Origin: Verrucomicrobiia bacterium
Lineage (GTDB): Bacteria; Verrucomicrobiota; Verrucomicrobiia; Chthoniobacterales; UBA6821
Length of the DNA: 64,000 nt
NCBI GenBank assembly: GCA_040380225.1
Contig: JBEIJN010000014.1
Location: 1,995-65,994, forward strand
Direction: 5' to 3'
Every line of letters starts with the position of its first letter. Position 1 is the stretch's first letter. The position numbers and the translations under genes were made by a program. Positions 8,351 to 17,475 of the stretch are shown piece after piece. A model generated the notes under the pieces. It searched no databases. It saw only the letters and a program-made list of their open reading frames with translations, and was not told the DNA's origin.

Positions 8351-9376
8351 ATGACCAGAACCCGTACCATCTTCCTGATCATGTCAGTCTTTTCGGTTGC
8401 GGCTTCTGTCAGGATGTTGCCAGCCGCTTCGGATGATTCCGATTCCCCGATTATCAGAATCACCCAGAAGGGGTTCGTCCCCGTCAGGACCTTGGGGGCA
8501 AGAAGCAGAAACTCTGGCGAGACCTGCTATCTGCGTAGCGCGGTGGAGCCGCAGGCAAGAGTGCATGCCACCTGCTCCACTTCGTCTGCAAAGCCAACGC
8601 CTACTCCCAAGCCAAAGGCAACTCCAACACCCACTCTTGCGCCTGCCAAAATCACCGTCGTCAAACCGGCAAAAGTCCAGGCGGCCAAAAGTACGGTCAA
8701 ATCCACCGCTCCTGCCAACAATGATCTCGACGAGTACAGTAATGTGGCCCTGATCGCCGACCCCATCGAACCGGTCAACCGCGGCATCTTCTGGGTCAAC
8801 CACCAGTTCTACAGGTATATACTCAAGCCGGTTTCCCGCACCTACGACGCCATCCTGCCGAAACCCGTGAGGAAGGGAGTCTACAACGTCTTTGACAACC
8901 TCGAATATCCGGTTCGTTTCGTGAACGACCTGCTCCAGTGCAAGTTCCAGCGCGCAGGCAAGGAAACCGGGAAGTTTGTCGTTAACAGCACCGCCGGTGT
9001 CGCAGGCATCATGAAAGTCTCCGACCGCATCCCCGCCCTGACCGACGTTCCCCCCGAGGACACCGGCCAGACATTCGCCCAATGGGGCATCGGTCACGGA
9101 CCATACATCGTCCTTCCGCTGATCGGCCCCAAGAGCCTGCGAGAAACAGCAGGCTTTGCCGGCGACGTCGCCCTGAGTCCCGTGACATGGGTCACCTTTG
9201 GAGTCATCGGAGGACTCGGAGGCGCCACCTCGCTGGCCGTGAACTACCCCAATACGGCACGTAGCATGAACGGACGACTGAGCGCCTACGACGCAGTCAC
9301 CAAGGATGCGGTGGATCCTTACCTTGCGACACGGAGCGCCTATGTCCAGAGCCGCAAGCAGGCTGTATCGAAGTAG
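8351..9376 (+). CDS. mlaA: MlaA/VacJ family lipoprotein with a long low-complexity N-terminal extension
   Basis: VacJ core DPIEPVNRGIFWVNHQFYRYILKPVSRTYDAILPKPVRKGVYNVFDNLEYPVRFVNDLLQ...QWGIGHGPYIVLPLIGP. It is preceded by about 120 aa including PTPTPKPKATPTPTLAP. Confidence 0.8.
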   Translation: MTRTRTIFLIMSVFSVAASVRMLPAASDDSDSPIIRITQKGFVPVRTLGARSRNSGETCYLRSAVEPQARVHATCSTSSAKPTPTPKPKATPTPTLAPAKITVVKPAKVQAAKSTVKSTAPANNDLDEYSNVALIADPIEPVNRGIFWVNHQFYRYILKPVSRTYDAILPKPVRKGVYNVFDNLEYPVRFVNDLLQCKFQRAGKETGKFVVNSTAGVAGIMKVSDRIPALTDVPPEDTGQTFAQWGIGHGPYIVLPLIGPKSLRETAGFAGDVALSPVTWVTFGVIGGLGGATSLAVNYPNTARSMNGRLSAYDAVTKDAVDPYLATRSAYVQSRKQAVSK

Positions 9377-9407
9377 AAACCCGTTTCACGAACTCTCGGA
9401 CAAAAAG

Positions 9408-9752
9408 ATGTTCCTTCCCGGCCAAGCCGTCGTTTGCATTGACGACTCCTTCCCCTTGGGGATTCAGGCCTTGTACAACCAGCTTCCCAAGAAGGGGAAC
9501 ACCTATCACATCCGGGACCTGGTTCCGGGATGCGACTTCAACGCCAATCCCGGTGAAGTGGCCGTCTACCTCACGGAACTTCGGAACCCCACCAACAAGC
9601 TGGGGATCGAGCGTGGATTCAAGGCCGAGCGATTTGCCCCTTTGGAAACGGATGAGACCGAGGAGGAGGACATCTTCCACCTCGATGAGGTGTTGCCCTC
9701 GCCCAATCAGAAACCGATTAGGAAACCGGATCTTGTTCCCGCCGGAGATTGA
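9408..9752 (+). CDS. Hypothetical small protein
   Basis: Track ORF 9306..9752 trimmed to ATG 9408 (MFLPGQAVVCIDD) to clear the mlaA overlap. Acidic C-terminal tail. No family recognised. Confidence 0.4.
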   Translation: MFLPGQAVVCIDDSFPLGIQALYNQLPKKGNTYHIRDLVPGCDFNANPGEVAVYLTELRNPTNKLGIERGFKAERFAPLETDETEEEDIFHLDEVLPSPNQKPIRKPDLVPAGD

Positions 9753-10014
9753 AAGTGGAATGCCGCCAACTCCTTGACGACAAGGTCTGAGCGGGCGAAT
9801 GGGTGGCGAATTAACTCGCGTGCTCCCGCACGTCTCGCCTTTCAGGCTGGCTTTGCCAGTCTACCTCGCTTTTTCCATAAGCTCGGTTCTCTTCTCGGGT
9901 ATCTCAAACCTGCCCTTGATAGGGATTCTATTTTTGATGGTGAGCTAGGCGCGCGAGCAATGCCGTAGTAAACCTACGGCAAGCGAAGAGCAACAAAGCT
10001 CACCGCAAAAAAAG

Positions 10015-10090
<76 letters not shown>

Positions 10091-10204
10091 TTGAAAATGG
10101 TTCTCGGAGATTGCTCCAAGTCGGGCTTTCCGTCAAGCGGGGTTTCTTGGGAGGAATTGGGTCCAATCTTGCCGGAAAGGACTTCCTGAAGGAAAGTCGC
10201 CCCG

Positions 10205-11416
10205 ATGAACACGTATTTCAATGAACTGGGAAAGAGGGTCTACGCACGATGGGAGAAGGAAAACTTCTCCCTGGAGGCCTTCCCTGCCATCGCGACCCGG
10301 GCCCTTGAGGAAAAGCCTCCGGCCAAGCATGTCGATCTCGAGGAACTGATGCGCGATTTCCTCCTCGATGACGCGCAGCCGTTCCAAACCTCCTCCGGAT
10401 TCGGGCAACCGGAGTTGATCGTGTACGATAACCCGAAGTTCTACATCCAATTGCTCTTCTGGCTGGATGGGACGACCGATATCCACCAGCACGGTTTCTC
10501 GGGAGCCTTTCACGTGATGGAGGGGTCGAGCATCCACTCCGAGTTCGAGTTCCTGAATCCTCTCCCCATCACGGCCTATTTCCGCCTCGGTGATCTGAAG
10601 CTCAAAAACACCGGTCTCCTGGAGACCGGATCAACGGTTCCGATCCTCTCGGGTAACGGATGCATCCACTCGCTCTTCCATCTGGAGACGCCCTCCGTGA
10701 CTGTGGTGGTGAGGACTCATGCGGATCCCGGTTCGTCTCCGCAGTTCACCTACCTGCCGCCTCATGTGGCTCTCGATCCGGTGAAAGAGGATGCACTGAC
10801 CCTGCGCAGGAAGCAGTTGCTCGACGCGATGGAGAGAACGGGTGATGACCGCTATGCGACTCTGGTGAGCACCATGGTGGGGAAGCTGGATCTGGAACGG
10901 GGATTCTTCATCCTGCAGAACTGCATGGGGCACCTGCGCGCAATCGGGGCTTGGGAACGAGTCTGGAAGACCTTCACCAAGAAGCATGGAAAAGCCGCCT
11001 GGATGATCTCACCGACGCTCGACGAGATCGTTCGTCGCGATGCCCTGGTCGCGATGCGTTCCTCCATCGAGGATGTGGAGCACCGATTCTTCCTCGCGCT
11101 ACTGCTGACGGTTCCGGATCGGGAGCGGATTCTGGCAATGATCGGTAAACGTTTCCCCGGAAAGCCGCTAGAAACTGTCGCACGGTTGGCGGGTGAACTG
11201 GCGATCACAACGGAGGGAGGCACATGGATCCTGGATGCCTGCTTCCCGGAGGATCTGCAGGTCGCTGAGGAGGAACAGATCCCGCTCTTCCTTGGAACGC
11301 TGGATCACCTCATCCAAGGAGGGAAGCCTCCGGCGTGGCTCGCGAAATTCCCGAAGGTACTCAAGTCCCTCAGGGAATCCCTCTCGAATTCCAGTTGGCG
11401 GGTCCTGATCCGGTAA
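10205..11416 (+). CDS. Hypothetical protein with a cupin-like His cluster
   Basis: 403-aa ORF with clean coding appearance. DGTTDIHQHGFSGAFHVMEGSSIH resembles a cupin/dioxygenase metal site. No firm family call. Confidence 0.5.
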   Translation: MNTYFNELGKRVYARWEKENFSLEAFPAIATRALEEKPPAKHVDLEELMRDFLLDDAQPFQTSSGFGQPELIVYDNPKFYIQLLFWLDGTTDIHQHGFSGAFHVMEGSSIHSEFEFLNPLPITAYFRLGDLKLKNTGLLETGSTVPILSGNGCIHSLFHLETPSVTVVVRTHADPGSSPQFTYLPPHVALDPVKEDALTLRRKQLLDAMERTGDDRYATLVSTMVGKLDLERGFFILQNCMGHLRAIGAWERVWKTFTKKHGKAAWMISPTLDEIVRRDALVAMRSSIEDVEHRFFLALLLTVPDRERILAMIGKRFPGKPLETVARLAGELAITTEGGTWILDACFPEDLQVAEEEQIPLFLGTLDHLIQGGKPPAWLAKFPKVLKSLRESLSNSSWRVLIR

Positions 11417-11438
11417 AGGGAAATTTTTCTGCCCGCCA

Positions 11439-11466
11439 GCTCCCAACGGCCTCGCCCCGTTGGAGC
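11439..11466. terminator. Hairpin between convergent genes (403-aa ORF and rfbB); possible bidirectional terminator
   Basis: GCTCCCAACGG / CCGTTGGAGC, 9-10 bp with one bulge, loop CCTCGCC. No clear U-tract. Confidence 0.3.
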
Positions 11467-11530
11467 GCAAGTTCTGATGGCAGTCCGTGGATTGCGACCA
11501 AGTCGCCCCACTCGACTTCGGTACTCGGGT

Positions 11531-12595
11531 TTAACCCTGATACTGCTTGTCCACCCAGTCCTTGTAGGCTCCCGAGGTGACGTTCTTCACCCACTCCTGG
11601 TTGTCGAGGTACCACTGGACGGTCTTGCGGATTCCGGTCTCGAATGTCTCTTCCGGTTTCCAGCCCAAGTCGCGGTTGATCTTAGTGGCGTCGATCGCGT
11701 AGCGGCGGTCGTGGCCGGGACGATCGGTGACGTAGGTGATCTGCTCCTTGTAGCTCTTCCCATCCGATCGCGGCGCGAGCTGATCAAGAATGGCGCAGAG
11801 CGTGTGGACGACATCGAGGTTCGGCTTCTCGTTCCAGCCGCCGACGTTATAGGTCTCACCCACCCCGCCCGCCTGGAGAACGCGGCTGATGGCTGAGGCG
11901 TGATCCTTCACGTAGAGCCAGTCGCGGATCTGCTGGCCATCGCCGTAAATCGGGAGCGGCTTGCCGGCGAGGGCGTTGTGGATGACGAGCGGGATGAGCT
12001 TCTCGGGGAAGTGATAGGGACCGTAGTTGTTCGAGCAGTTGGTGGTCAGCACCGGGAGGCCGTAGGTGTGGTGGTAGGCGCGGATAAGGTGGTCCGAGGC
12101 CGCCTTGCTGGCCGAGTAGGGGCTATTGGGCTCGTATTGCTTGGTCTCGGTGAAGGCGGGATCCTTCGGGGCCAGAGATCCGTAGACTTCGTCGGTGGAG
12201 ACATGGAGGAAGCGAAAGGCTTTCTTGGCCTGCTCATCAAGGCCGTTCCAGTAGGCGCGGGTGGCTTCGAGGAGGTTGAAGGTGCCGACGATGTTGGTCT
12301 GGATGAACTCGGCGGGGCCATGGATGGAGCGGTCGACATGGGACTCCGCGGCAAAGTTCACGATGGCACGGGGCTGATGCTCAGCGAGGAGCTTGGCCAC
12401 CAATTCCGCATCCCCGATATCGCCGCGGACGAAGGTATGGCGGGGGTTTCCCTCGAGGGAGGCAAGGTTCTGGAGATTGCCGGCGTAGGTGAGCTTGTCG
12501 AGGTTGATGACGGAGCCCTGCTCGAGGGCGATCCAGTCGAGGACGAAGTTGGAACCGATGAATCCGGCACCGCCGGTGACGAGGATGGTGGACAT
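11531..12595 (-). CDS. rfbB: dTDP-glucose 4,6-dehydratase
   Basis: 354 aa. [14 protein letters not shown] Rossmann motif, SDR catalytic [10 protein letters not shown], typical RfbB C-terminus. Confidence 0.9.
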   Translation of the reverse strand: MSTILVTGGAGFIGSNFVLDWIALEQGSVINLDKLTYAGNLQNLASLEGNPRHTFVRGDIGDAELVAKLLAEHQPRAIVNFAAESHVDRSIHGPAEFIQTNIVGTFNLLEATRAYWNGLDEQAKKAFRFLHVSTDEVYGSLAPKDPAFTETKQYEPNSPYSASKAASDHLIRAYHHTYGLPVLTTNCSNNYGPYHFPEKLIPLVIHNALAGKPLPIYGDGQQIRDWLYVKDHASAISRVLQAGGVGETYNVGGWNEKPNLDVVHTLCAILDQLAPRSDGKSYKEQITYVTDRPGHDRRYAIDATKINRDLGWKPEETFETGIRKTVQWYLDNQEWVKNVTSGAYKDWVDKQYQG

Positions 12596-12665
12596 GATTG
12601 AGAGGTTGTTAGGCTGAAGACTTTTAGGCTGTTAGAAAAGAAAGGACGAAGGATGATGACTCCGA

Positions 12666-13097
12666 TCAAGCAGTCAAGGGGTTCCACACGCGCTGAAATC
12701 CAAGCTCCTCAAAATCCTTGGTATTCGCCGTGGCGAATTCTGTCACGCCGTGAGCCTGGAGCGTTTTGGCAAGCCGGACATCGAAAATTCCCCGGCGGGC
12801 AAATCCCTCCTTGGCGGCCACAGGCCAGACTTCCTTCATGACATCCGCAGCATCGATCAACTGCCATCTGGGATGAGCGCGAAGGAGATGACATTCCTCT
12901 ACTGCTTCCGAGGCAGAGAGCGGCGGAGACAACACCCTCTCATTGCGCAGCAGGAGGTAAAGTTCCATGAGAACCAGTTCGGAAATCACAACTTGCTGAT
13001 TCGCCCCCAAACCTTCAAGAAACTCCACTGCCGCTCCGTGCCACGGCGAAGTCCCAATTCTGGCATAGGCCAGGATAGTCGTATCGATGCCGATCAT
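12666..13097 (-). CDS. vapC: PIN-domain toxin VapC
   Basis: 143 aa. MIGIDTTIL (N-terminal acidic D), internal ELVLMELY, C-terminal TANTKDFEELG (PIN D). Abuts the antitoxin stop directly. Confidence 0.8.
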   Translation of the reverse strand: MIGIDTTILAYARIGTSPWHGAAVEFLEGLGANQQVVISELVLMELYLLLRNERVLSPPLSASEAVEECHLLRAHPRWQLIDAADVMKEVWPVAAKEGFARRGIFDVRLAKTLQAHGVTEFATANTKDFEELGFQRVWNPLTA

Positions 13098-13349
13098 TCA
13101 GCGAATCGCTTCCGCATCGTCACGAACGAGATCGCGAAGAATTTCAGGATCATGCACCAGCATCCTCGATCGAATGGGGGGAGGAAGTTTCCAACCGGAA
13201 GATGCTTGTTGCTTCAGGGCGGGGTAGGCCCGGATGATGGATTCAGCTCCCCTCCGGATCACCTCGGCTATACTCCACTCCTGATCACGTGCCACTCTCT
13301 GCACCTCCCGGTAAAGCTGATCTGGAAGCTGTATCTGAGTACGAACCAT
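13098..13349 (-). CDS. vapB: Ribbon-helix-helix (CopG/Arc-like) antitoxin
   Basis: 83 aa. MVRTQIQLPDQLYREVQRVARDQEWSIAEVIRRGAE matches the RHH pattern. Contiguous with vapC. Confidence 0.7.
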   Translation of the reverse strand: MVRTQIQLPDQLYREVQRVARDQEWSIAEVIRRGAESIIRAYPALKQQASSGWKLPPPIRSRMLVHDPEILRDLVRDDAEAIR

Positions 13350-13380
13350 GATTAAAATATAGCGTGATTAAAATATGACA

Positions 13381-13932
13381 TCAATCATATTTCTCACACT
13401 CGGCGAACGAGGCCGCGGCGGCATCTTTAGGGGAAACAAGGGGGTTGATTCCGATCTCGACGGGCCAAGTGATGGCTAGTTCCGGATCATCCCATCGAAG
13501 GGAGCGCTCTGCGGCGGGGGCATAGAGCGAGGTCACCTTGTAATGAAAGTCAGCCGTGTCGCTGACCACGAGGAAACCATGCGCACAACCGGGAGGCACC
13601 CAAAGACGCTCATGGGCATCCGCGGTAAGGTAATAACCATCCCAGACACCGTAGGTTGGAGAGCTTTTGCGAAGATCCACGATCACGTCGAAAACCGTAC
13701 CGGAGGTCACCCAGACAAGCTTTCCCTGTGCGGCATCCCCCGCCTGGTAATGAAGCCCACGCAGAACGTGCTTGGCGGATCGTGAGTGGTTGTCCTGAAC
13801 GAAATCGAAATCGCCGACCAGATCGCGGAATGTCTGCTTGTTCCAGGACTCCAGGAAGAAGCCCCGGGCATCGCCGAAGACCTTTGGCTTGAGCAGGTAG
13901 GCGTCGTGGATTTTGGTGGAGATTTTTTGCAT
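13381..13932 (-). CDS. rfbC: dTDP-4-dehydrorhamnose 3,5-epimerase
   Basis: 183 aa. FGDARGFFLESWN, RGLHYQ, GKLVWVTSGTVFDVIVDLR, VPPGCAHGF. Confidence 0.9.
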   Translation of the reverse strand: MQKISTKIHDAYLLKPKVFGDARGFFLESWNKQTFRDLVGDFDFVQDNHSRSAKHVLRGLHYQAGDAAQGKLVWVTSGTVFDVIVDLRKSSPTYGVWDGYYLTADAHERLWVPPGCAHGFLVVSDTADFHYKVTSLYAPAAERSLRWDDPELAITWPVEIGINPLVSPKDAAAASFAECEKYD

Positions 13933-13986
13933 CTATCTAATAAATGAGCGAGTTGTTTCGCGCAAAGGCGCAGAGAAGGTAGAGAG

Positions 13987-14868
13987 CTACCGCTTCCGAC
14001 GTTTGAGGACATCGCGGAGGTAGGTGCCGTAGGTCGATTTGCCAAGGGGCTCGAGAGCACGCTCAAAGGCGGCCTCGTCCAGAAAGCCCATCTGGAGCCC
14101 GATTTCCTCCAGGCAGGCGATCCGAAGTCCCTGACGGTTCTGGATGGCACGCACAAAATCGGCCGCTTCGAGCAGGGACTCATGGGTGCCGGTGTCGAGC
14201 CATGCCGTCCCTCGCCCCAGCTTCTGAACGCGAAGACGGTCGGCATCGAGGTAGAGGCGGTTGAGGTCCGTGATCTCGAGTTCGCCGCGGGCGGAGGGTT
14301 TCAGCGATCGGGCCATCTCCACGACATCACTGCTGTAGAAATAGAGCCCTGGAACGGCGTAGTTGCTCTTGGGATCGGCGGGCTTTTCCTCCAGCGAGAT
14401 CGCCTTGCCGGAAGCATCGAACTCCACCACACCATAGGCAGAGGGATCAGCCACCTCGTATCCGAAGACGGTGGCATATTCCTTGTCTTGATCAGCCGCA
14501 GCCAGAATGTCGGTGAAGTCATGGCCGTAGAAGAGATTATCCCCCAGCACGAGTGCGGCAGGCGATCCCGCAAGAAATTCGGCGCCAATCAGGAAGGCCT
14601 GGGCAAGGCCGTCAGGAGAGGGCTGCTCCGCATACTCGAAGCGAACCCCATAACGGGAGCCATCCCCGAGCAGGCGTCGGAAGGAAGGCAGGTCGTGAGG
14701 CGTGGAGATGATCAGGATCTCACGGATACCGGCCAGCATGAGGACCGAGATCGGATAGTAGATCATCGGCTTGTCATAGACCGGCATGAGCTGCTTACTC
14801 ACCGCCATGGTCAGGGGGTGGAGACGGGAGCCGGTGCCTCCGGCCAGAACGATGCCTTTGCGAGTCAT
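13987..14868 (-). CDS. rfbA: Glucose-1-phosphate thymidylyltransferase
   Basis: 293 aa. [50 protein letters not shown]. Confidence 0.9.
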   Translation of the reverse strand: MTRKGIVLAGGTGSRLHPLTMAVSKQLMPVYDKPMIYYPISVLMLAGIREILIISTPHDLPSFRRLLGDGSRYGVRFEYAEQPSPDGLAQAFLIGAEFLAGSPAALVLGDNLFYGHDFTDILAAADQDKEYATVFGYEVADPSAYGVVEFDASGKAISLEEKPADPKSNYAVPGLYFYSSDVVEMARSLKPSARGELEITDLNRLYLDADRLRVQKLGRGTAWLDTGTHESLLEAADFVRAIQNRQGLRIACLEEIGLQMGFLDEAAFERALEPLGKSTYGTYLRDVLKRRKR

Positions 14869-15013
14869 GGGAAAAAAGGGATTAGCGCTTTAGTCTGCAA
14901 TCCTTTTGGAAAGATGCGAGTCGAAAGCCGAGGCTCCCCACCGTTTTCAGCGGGTAAGAAAACCATCAATGCCCCCTCAGTCGGGCTTAATCCTTCATCC
15001 GCGACCGTGTTTG

Positions 15014-15045
15014 CTCTTTCAGCTTTTTGGCGTTTCAGCTTTTCC
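15014..15045 (+). repeat. GTTTCAG-type short tandem motif in the 3' region of the 15096 gene
   Basis: CTCTTTCAGCTTTTTGGCGTTTCAGCTTTTCC. In minus-strand (mRNA) sense it reads GCUGAAAC / GCUGAAAG. Confidence 0.5.
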
Positions 15046-15095
15046 CTCCTAGCATCCTCCATCATCGATCCTCCATCCATCTCCGAGTTGCCGAC

Positions 15096-15473
15096 CTAAA
15101 ACTGACTCTGTCCCATGAATGCGCCGTTGCGTGCATTGTAGCGACGGACGAGGTGCGGTGACTGGACTAGCACGACGCCTCCGGTGACCTGGACACCAGT
15201 GCATCCTGCACCGGGCTGCATCTGCCCCATGAAGGCGCCGTTCTCCGCATTATAGCGGGAGACAACTCCGTGCGGCGAGAGGATCGCGATGGTCTCTCCG
15301 TCGCAACCGACCGAGAGGACGCCGCCCGAGGGTTGGATCTGACCAAGGAACGCCCCATTGCTCCCTTTGAGCCGGTAAACCAGCGAAGGGCTCTTCATGA
15401 CGGCGGTGACATCGGCGGCGCTCATGGTGGTGATCGTGAAGCCCAAGAGGGCAAGTCTCCCAAGCAACTTCAT
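15096..15473 (-). CDS. Small secreted protein built of three ~38-aa repeats
   Basis: Start trimmed to MKLLGRLALLGFTITTMSA (signal). Repeats: YRLKGSNGAFLGQIQPSGG, RYNAENGAFMGQMQPGAG, RYNARNGAFMGQSQF. Confidence 0.5.
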   Translation of the reverse strand: MKLLGRLALLGFTITTMSAADVTAVMKSPSLVYRLKGSNGAFLGQIQPSGGVLSVGCDGETIAILSPHGVVSRYNAENGAFMGQMQPGAGCTGVQVTGGVVLVQSPHLVRRYNARNGAFMGQSQF

Positions 15474-15555
15474 GGCATGCAGTGAAGGACAACCAGCCCC
15501 GAATGACAACCCGAAAGAAGTGGAAGCCCCGCGCAGATTCGGGTAATCGGAAGGC

Positions 15556-16023
15556 ATGTGGAACATGTCGATTCACTGGTGGGAGCTGATCGGAAGAGGG
15601 TTGCTGATCTATTTCTTCTTGATCCTTCTACTGCGGGCGACCGGCAAGCGTCAGATCGGGCAAATGAGCCCCTTCGATCTGGTCCTTCTGATGGTACTCA
15701 GCAACGCGGTGCAGAACTCGATGAATGGCGGCGACAACTCGGTCACGGCAGGAGTGATCCTCGCCGTCACCCTCGTCGCGGCGAACTGGATCGTCGGCAG
15801 GATCACCACATCCAGCAAGACGATGGAGCAACTCATCGAAGGGAACCCCCAGGTCCTCTTCCATAACGGCAAGGTTTATGAAAACGTCCTGGCCGACGCC
15901 CAGATCACCCGCCAGGAACTCATCGCTGCCGTCCACAAGGCCGGGCATGCCGACCTGAATGCGATCAGGGCGGCGATCCTCGAGAACGACGGGACGATCA
16001 GCGTGATCCCGAAACAGCACTGA
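15556..16023 (+). CDS. DUF421 (YetF-like) membrane protein
   Basis: 155 aa. RATGKRQIGQMSPFDLVLLMVLSNAVQNSM is typical of DUF421. Confidence 0.7.
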   Translation: MWNMSIHWWELIGRGLLIYFFLILLLRATGKRQIGQMSPFDLVLLMVLSNAVQNSMNGGDNSVTAGVILAVTLVAANWIVGRITTSSKTMEQLIEGNPQVLFHNGKVYENVLADAQITRQELIAAVHKAGHADLNAIRAAILENDGTISVIPKQH

Positions 16024-16029
16024 CCCTTC

Positions 16030-17154
16030 ATGAAAAATGATTCATCCAAACACGGGGGATTCCTCCCGGGACTCATCCGCCGCGAGTGGGTGCTACTGGC
16101 CAGTTACGGGACATCGGCCCTATTTCTCACGCAGGGCGCATCGTGGCTTGCAACCAACCCCGGACTGGCATGCGGCGCGGTCTTCTTCGTCTGGCTCTTC
16201 ACGGTGATGATGGCCTCCGCGTTCGCCATCTCACGCCATGCCGACCATCTCGCCCTGCAACTCAAAGAACCGCTCGGCACGCTGGTCCTCACCCTTGCGG
16301 TTACCAGCATCGAGGTGATGATGATCTCTGCCCTGATGCTCAAGGGCAACAATCCCGCACTGGCCAGGGACACGATGTTTTCTGTGGTGATGATCGTGCT
16401 GGGTGGACTCCTCGGCACGGCCCTGCTCACGGGAGGACTCCGCTTCGGGGAGCAGAATTTCAACATCAAGGGGGTGAACTCGTTTTTGGGCCTCATTCTA
16501 CCCCTGTCGGTCCTCTCGCTGGTGATGCCCAACTTCACCATTTCCGGGGGCGAGGGTTCGTTCTCGGTTATGCACGAGGTGAGTCTGATGCTCCTATCCT
16601 TCGCCATCTACGGAATCTTCCTCGCCGTGCAGACCAGGAGGCACCAGGAATTCTTCAATGAAAGGGAGACCGAATCCGCAAGCGGGGAGGAACATGAGAT
16701 CTGCGCCCCACCCCTCGTGGAGGCGCTGCTGATGATCCTTCACATGATACCGCTGGTCGTTCTCTCCAAGCAACTGGCCCGCCTGCTGGACTTCAGCATC
16801 GATTGCGGCGGCTTCCCAGCAGCACTGGGAGGCCTCGTGGTGGCCGTCCTCAGCCTGTCTCCCGAGGCATTGACCGCCATTCAGGCGGCGACTCGCAACC
16901 AGATGCAGCGCTCGGTGAACGTAATGCTGGGCTCCGTGCTTGCAACGATTGGAATGACGGTGCCTGCGGCGCTGGGCATCAGCCTCTTCACGGGAAAGCC
17001 GATCCATCTCGGCCTCTCCCCCATCTCGATGACCCTACTCGCAGTGACGCTGGGCAGTTGCATCATCACCTTCGGTCAGGGACAGACGAATATCCTGCAG
17101 GGATTCGTCCACCTGCTCCTCTTCGCAGCCTACATCGTGCTGATGTTTGACTGA
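16030..17154 (+). CDS. chaA: Ca2+/H+ antiporter (ChaA/CaCA family)
   Basis: 374 aa, about 11 TM. Two alpha-repeat-like regions: LVLTLAVTSIEVMMISALM and VVAVLSLSPEALTAIQAA. Confidence 0.75.
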   Translation: MKNDSSKHGGFLPGLIRREWVLLASYGTSALFLTQGASWLATNPGLACGAVFFVWLFTVMMASAFAISRHADHLALQLKEPLGTLVLTLAVTSIEVMMISALMLKGNNPALARDTMFSVVMIVLGGLLGTALLTGGLRFGEQNFNIKGVNSFLGLILPLSVLSLVMPNFTISGGEGSFSVMHEVSLMLLSFAIYGIFLAVQTRRHQEFFNERETESASGEEHEICAPPLVEALLMILHMIPLVVLSKQLARLLDFSIDCGGFPAALGGLVVAVLSLSPEALTAIQAATRNQMQRSVNVMLGSVLATIGMTVPAALGISLFTGKPIHLGLSPISMTLLAVTLGSCIITFGQGQTNILQGFVHLLLFAAYIVLMFD

Positions 17155-17428
17155 GGAAGCGCTGATTAAATCCCATGAAGGCCGCTGAAGAGCATTTGCT
17201 GATTTTTGAAGGCGCGAGCGCGGGGCGATACCCGCAGCGGTCTCGCCCGAGCGAGCAAATCGGCAAAAATCGACAAATGGCTTCAGCCCTTTGGGTTGCG
17301 GGGATAACAGGCCGGGGGCTGCGTTGGCTTGGCACTTACAGCCCACTGAGGGGATGCTCGTGCCAAGCCGCCTTGCCCGCGGCACATTCTTCCCGCAACG
17401 GCCTCTATGCGATTTAATCAGCGTTTCC
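17155..17428. repeat. 274-bp element bounded by 18-bp terminal inverted repeats (MITE-like or giant hairpin) filling the chaA/folB convergent gap
   Basis: GGAAGCGCTGATTAAATC (17155-17172) against the reverse complement of GATTTAATCAGCGTTTCC (17411-17428): 17/18 match, 13 contiguous. It starts 1 nt after the chaA stop. Confidence 0.55.
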
Positions 17429-17475
17429 CTAGGGAAGCGTCGACAGTCGAAAGACGAGGGTCGAGAGCCTGAGTT

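Noticed and set aside
9934-10014. Nested hairpins directly 3' of tRNA-Gly, considered as an intrinsic terminator
   Set aside because: No U-tract follows the stems on either strand; the T7 run precedes the hairpin in tRNA sense. It is kept only as part of the att-remnant observation.
13707-14246. 179-aa minus-strand ORF spanning the rfbC/rfbA junction in another frame
   Set aside because: It overlaps two well-supported genes out of frame, and its translation is Ser/Pro/Arg-rich shadow sequence.
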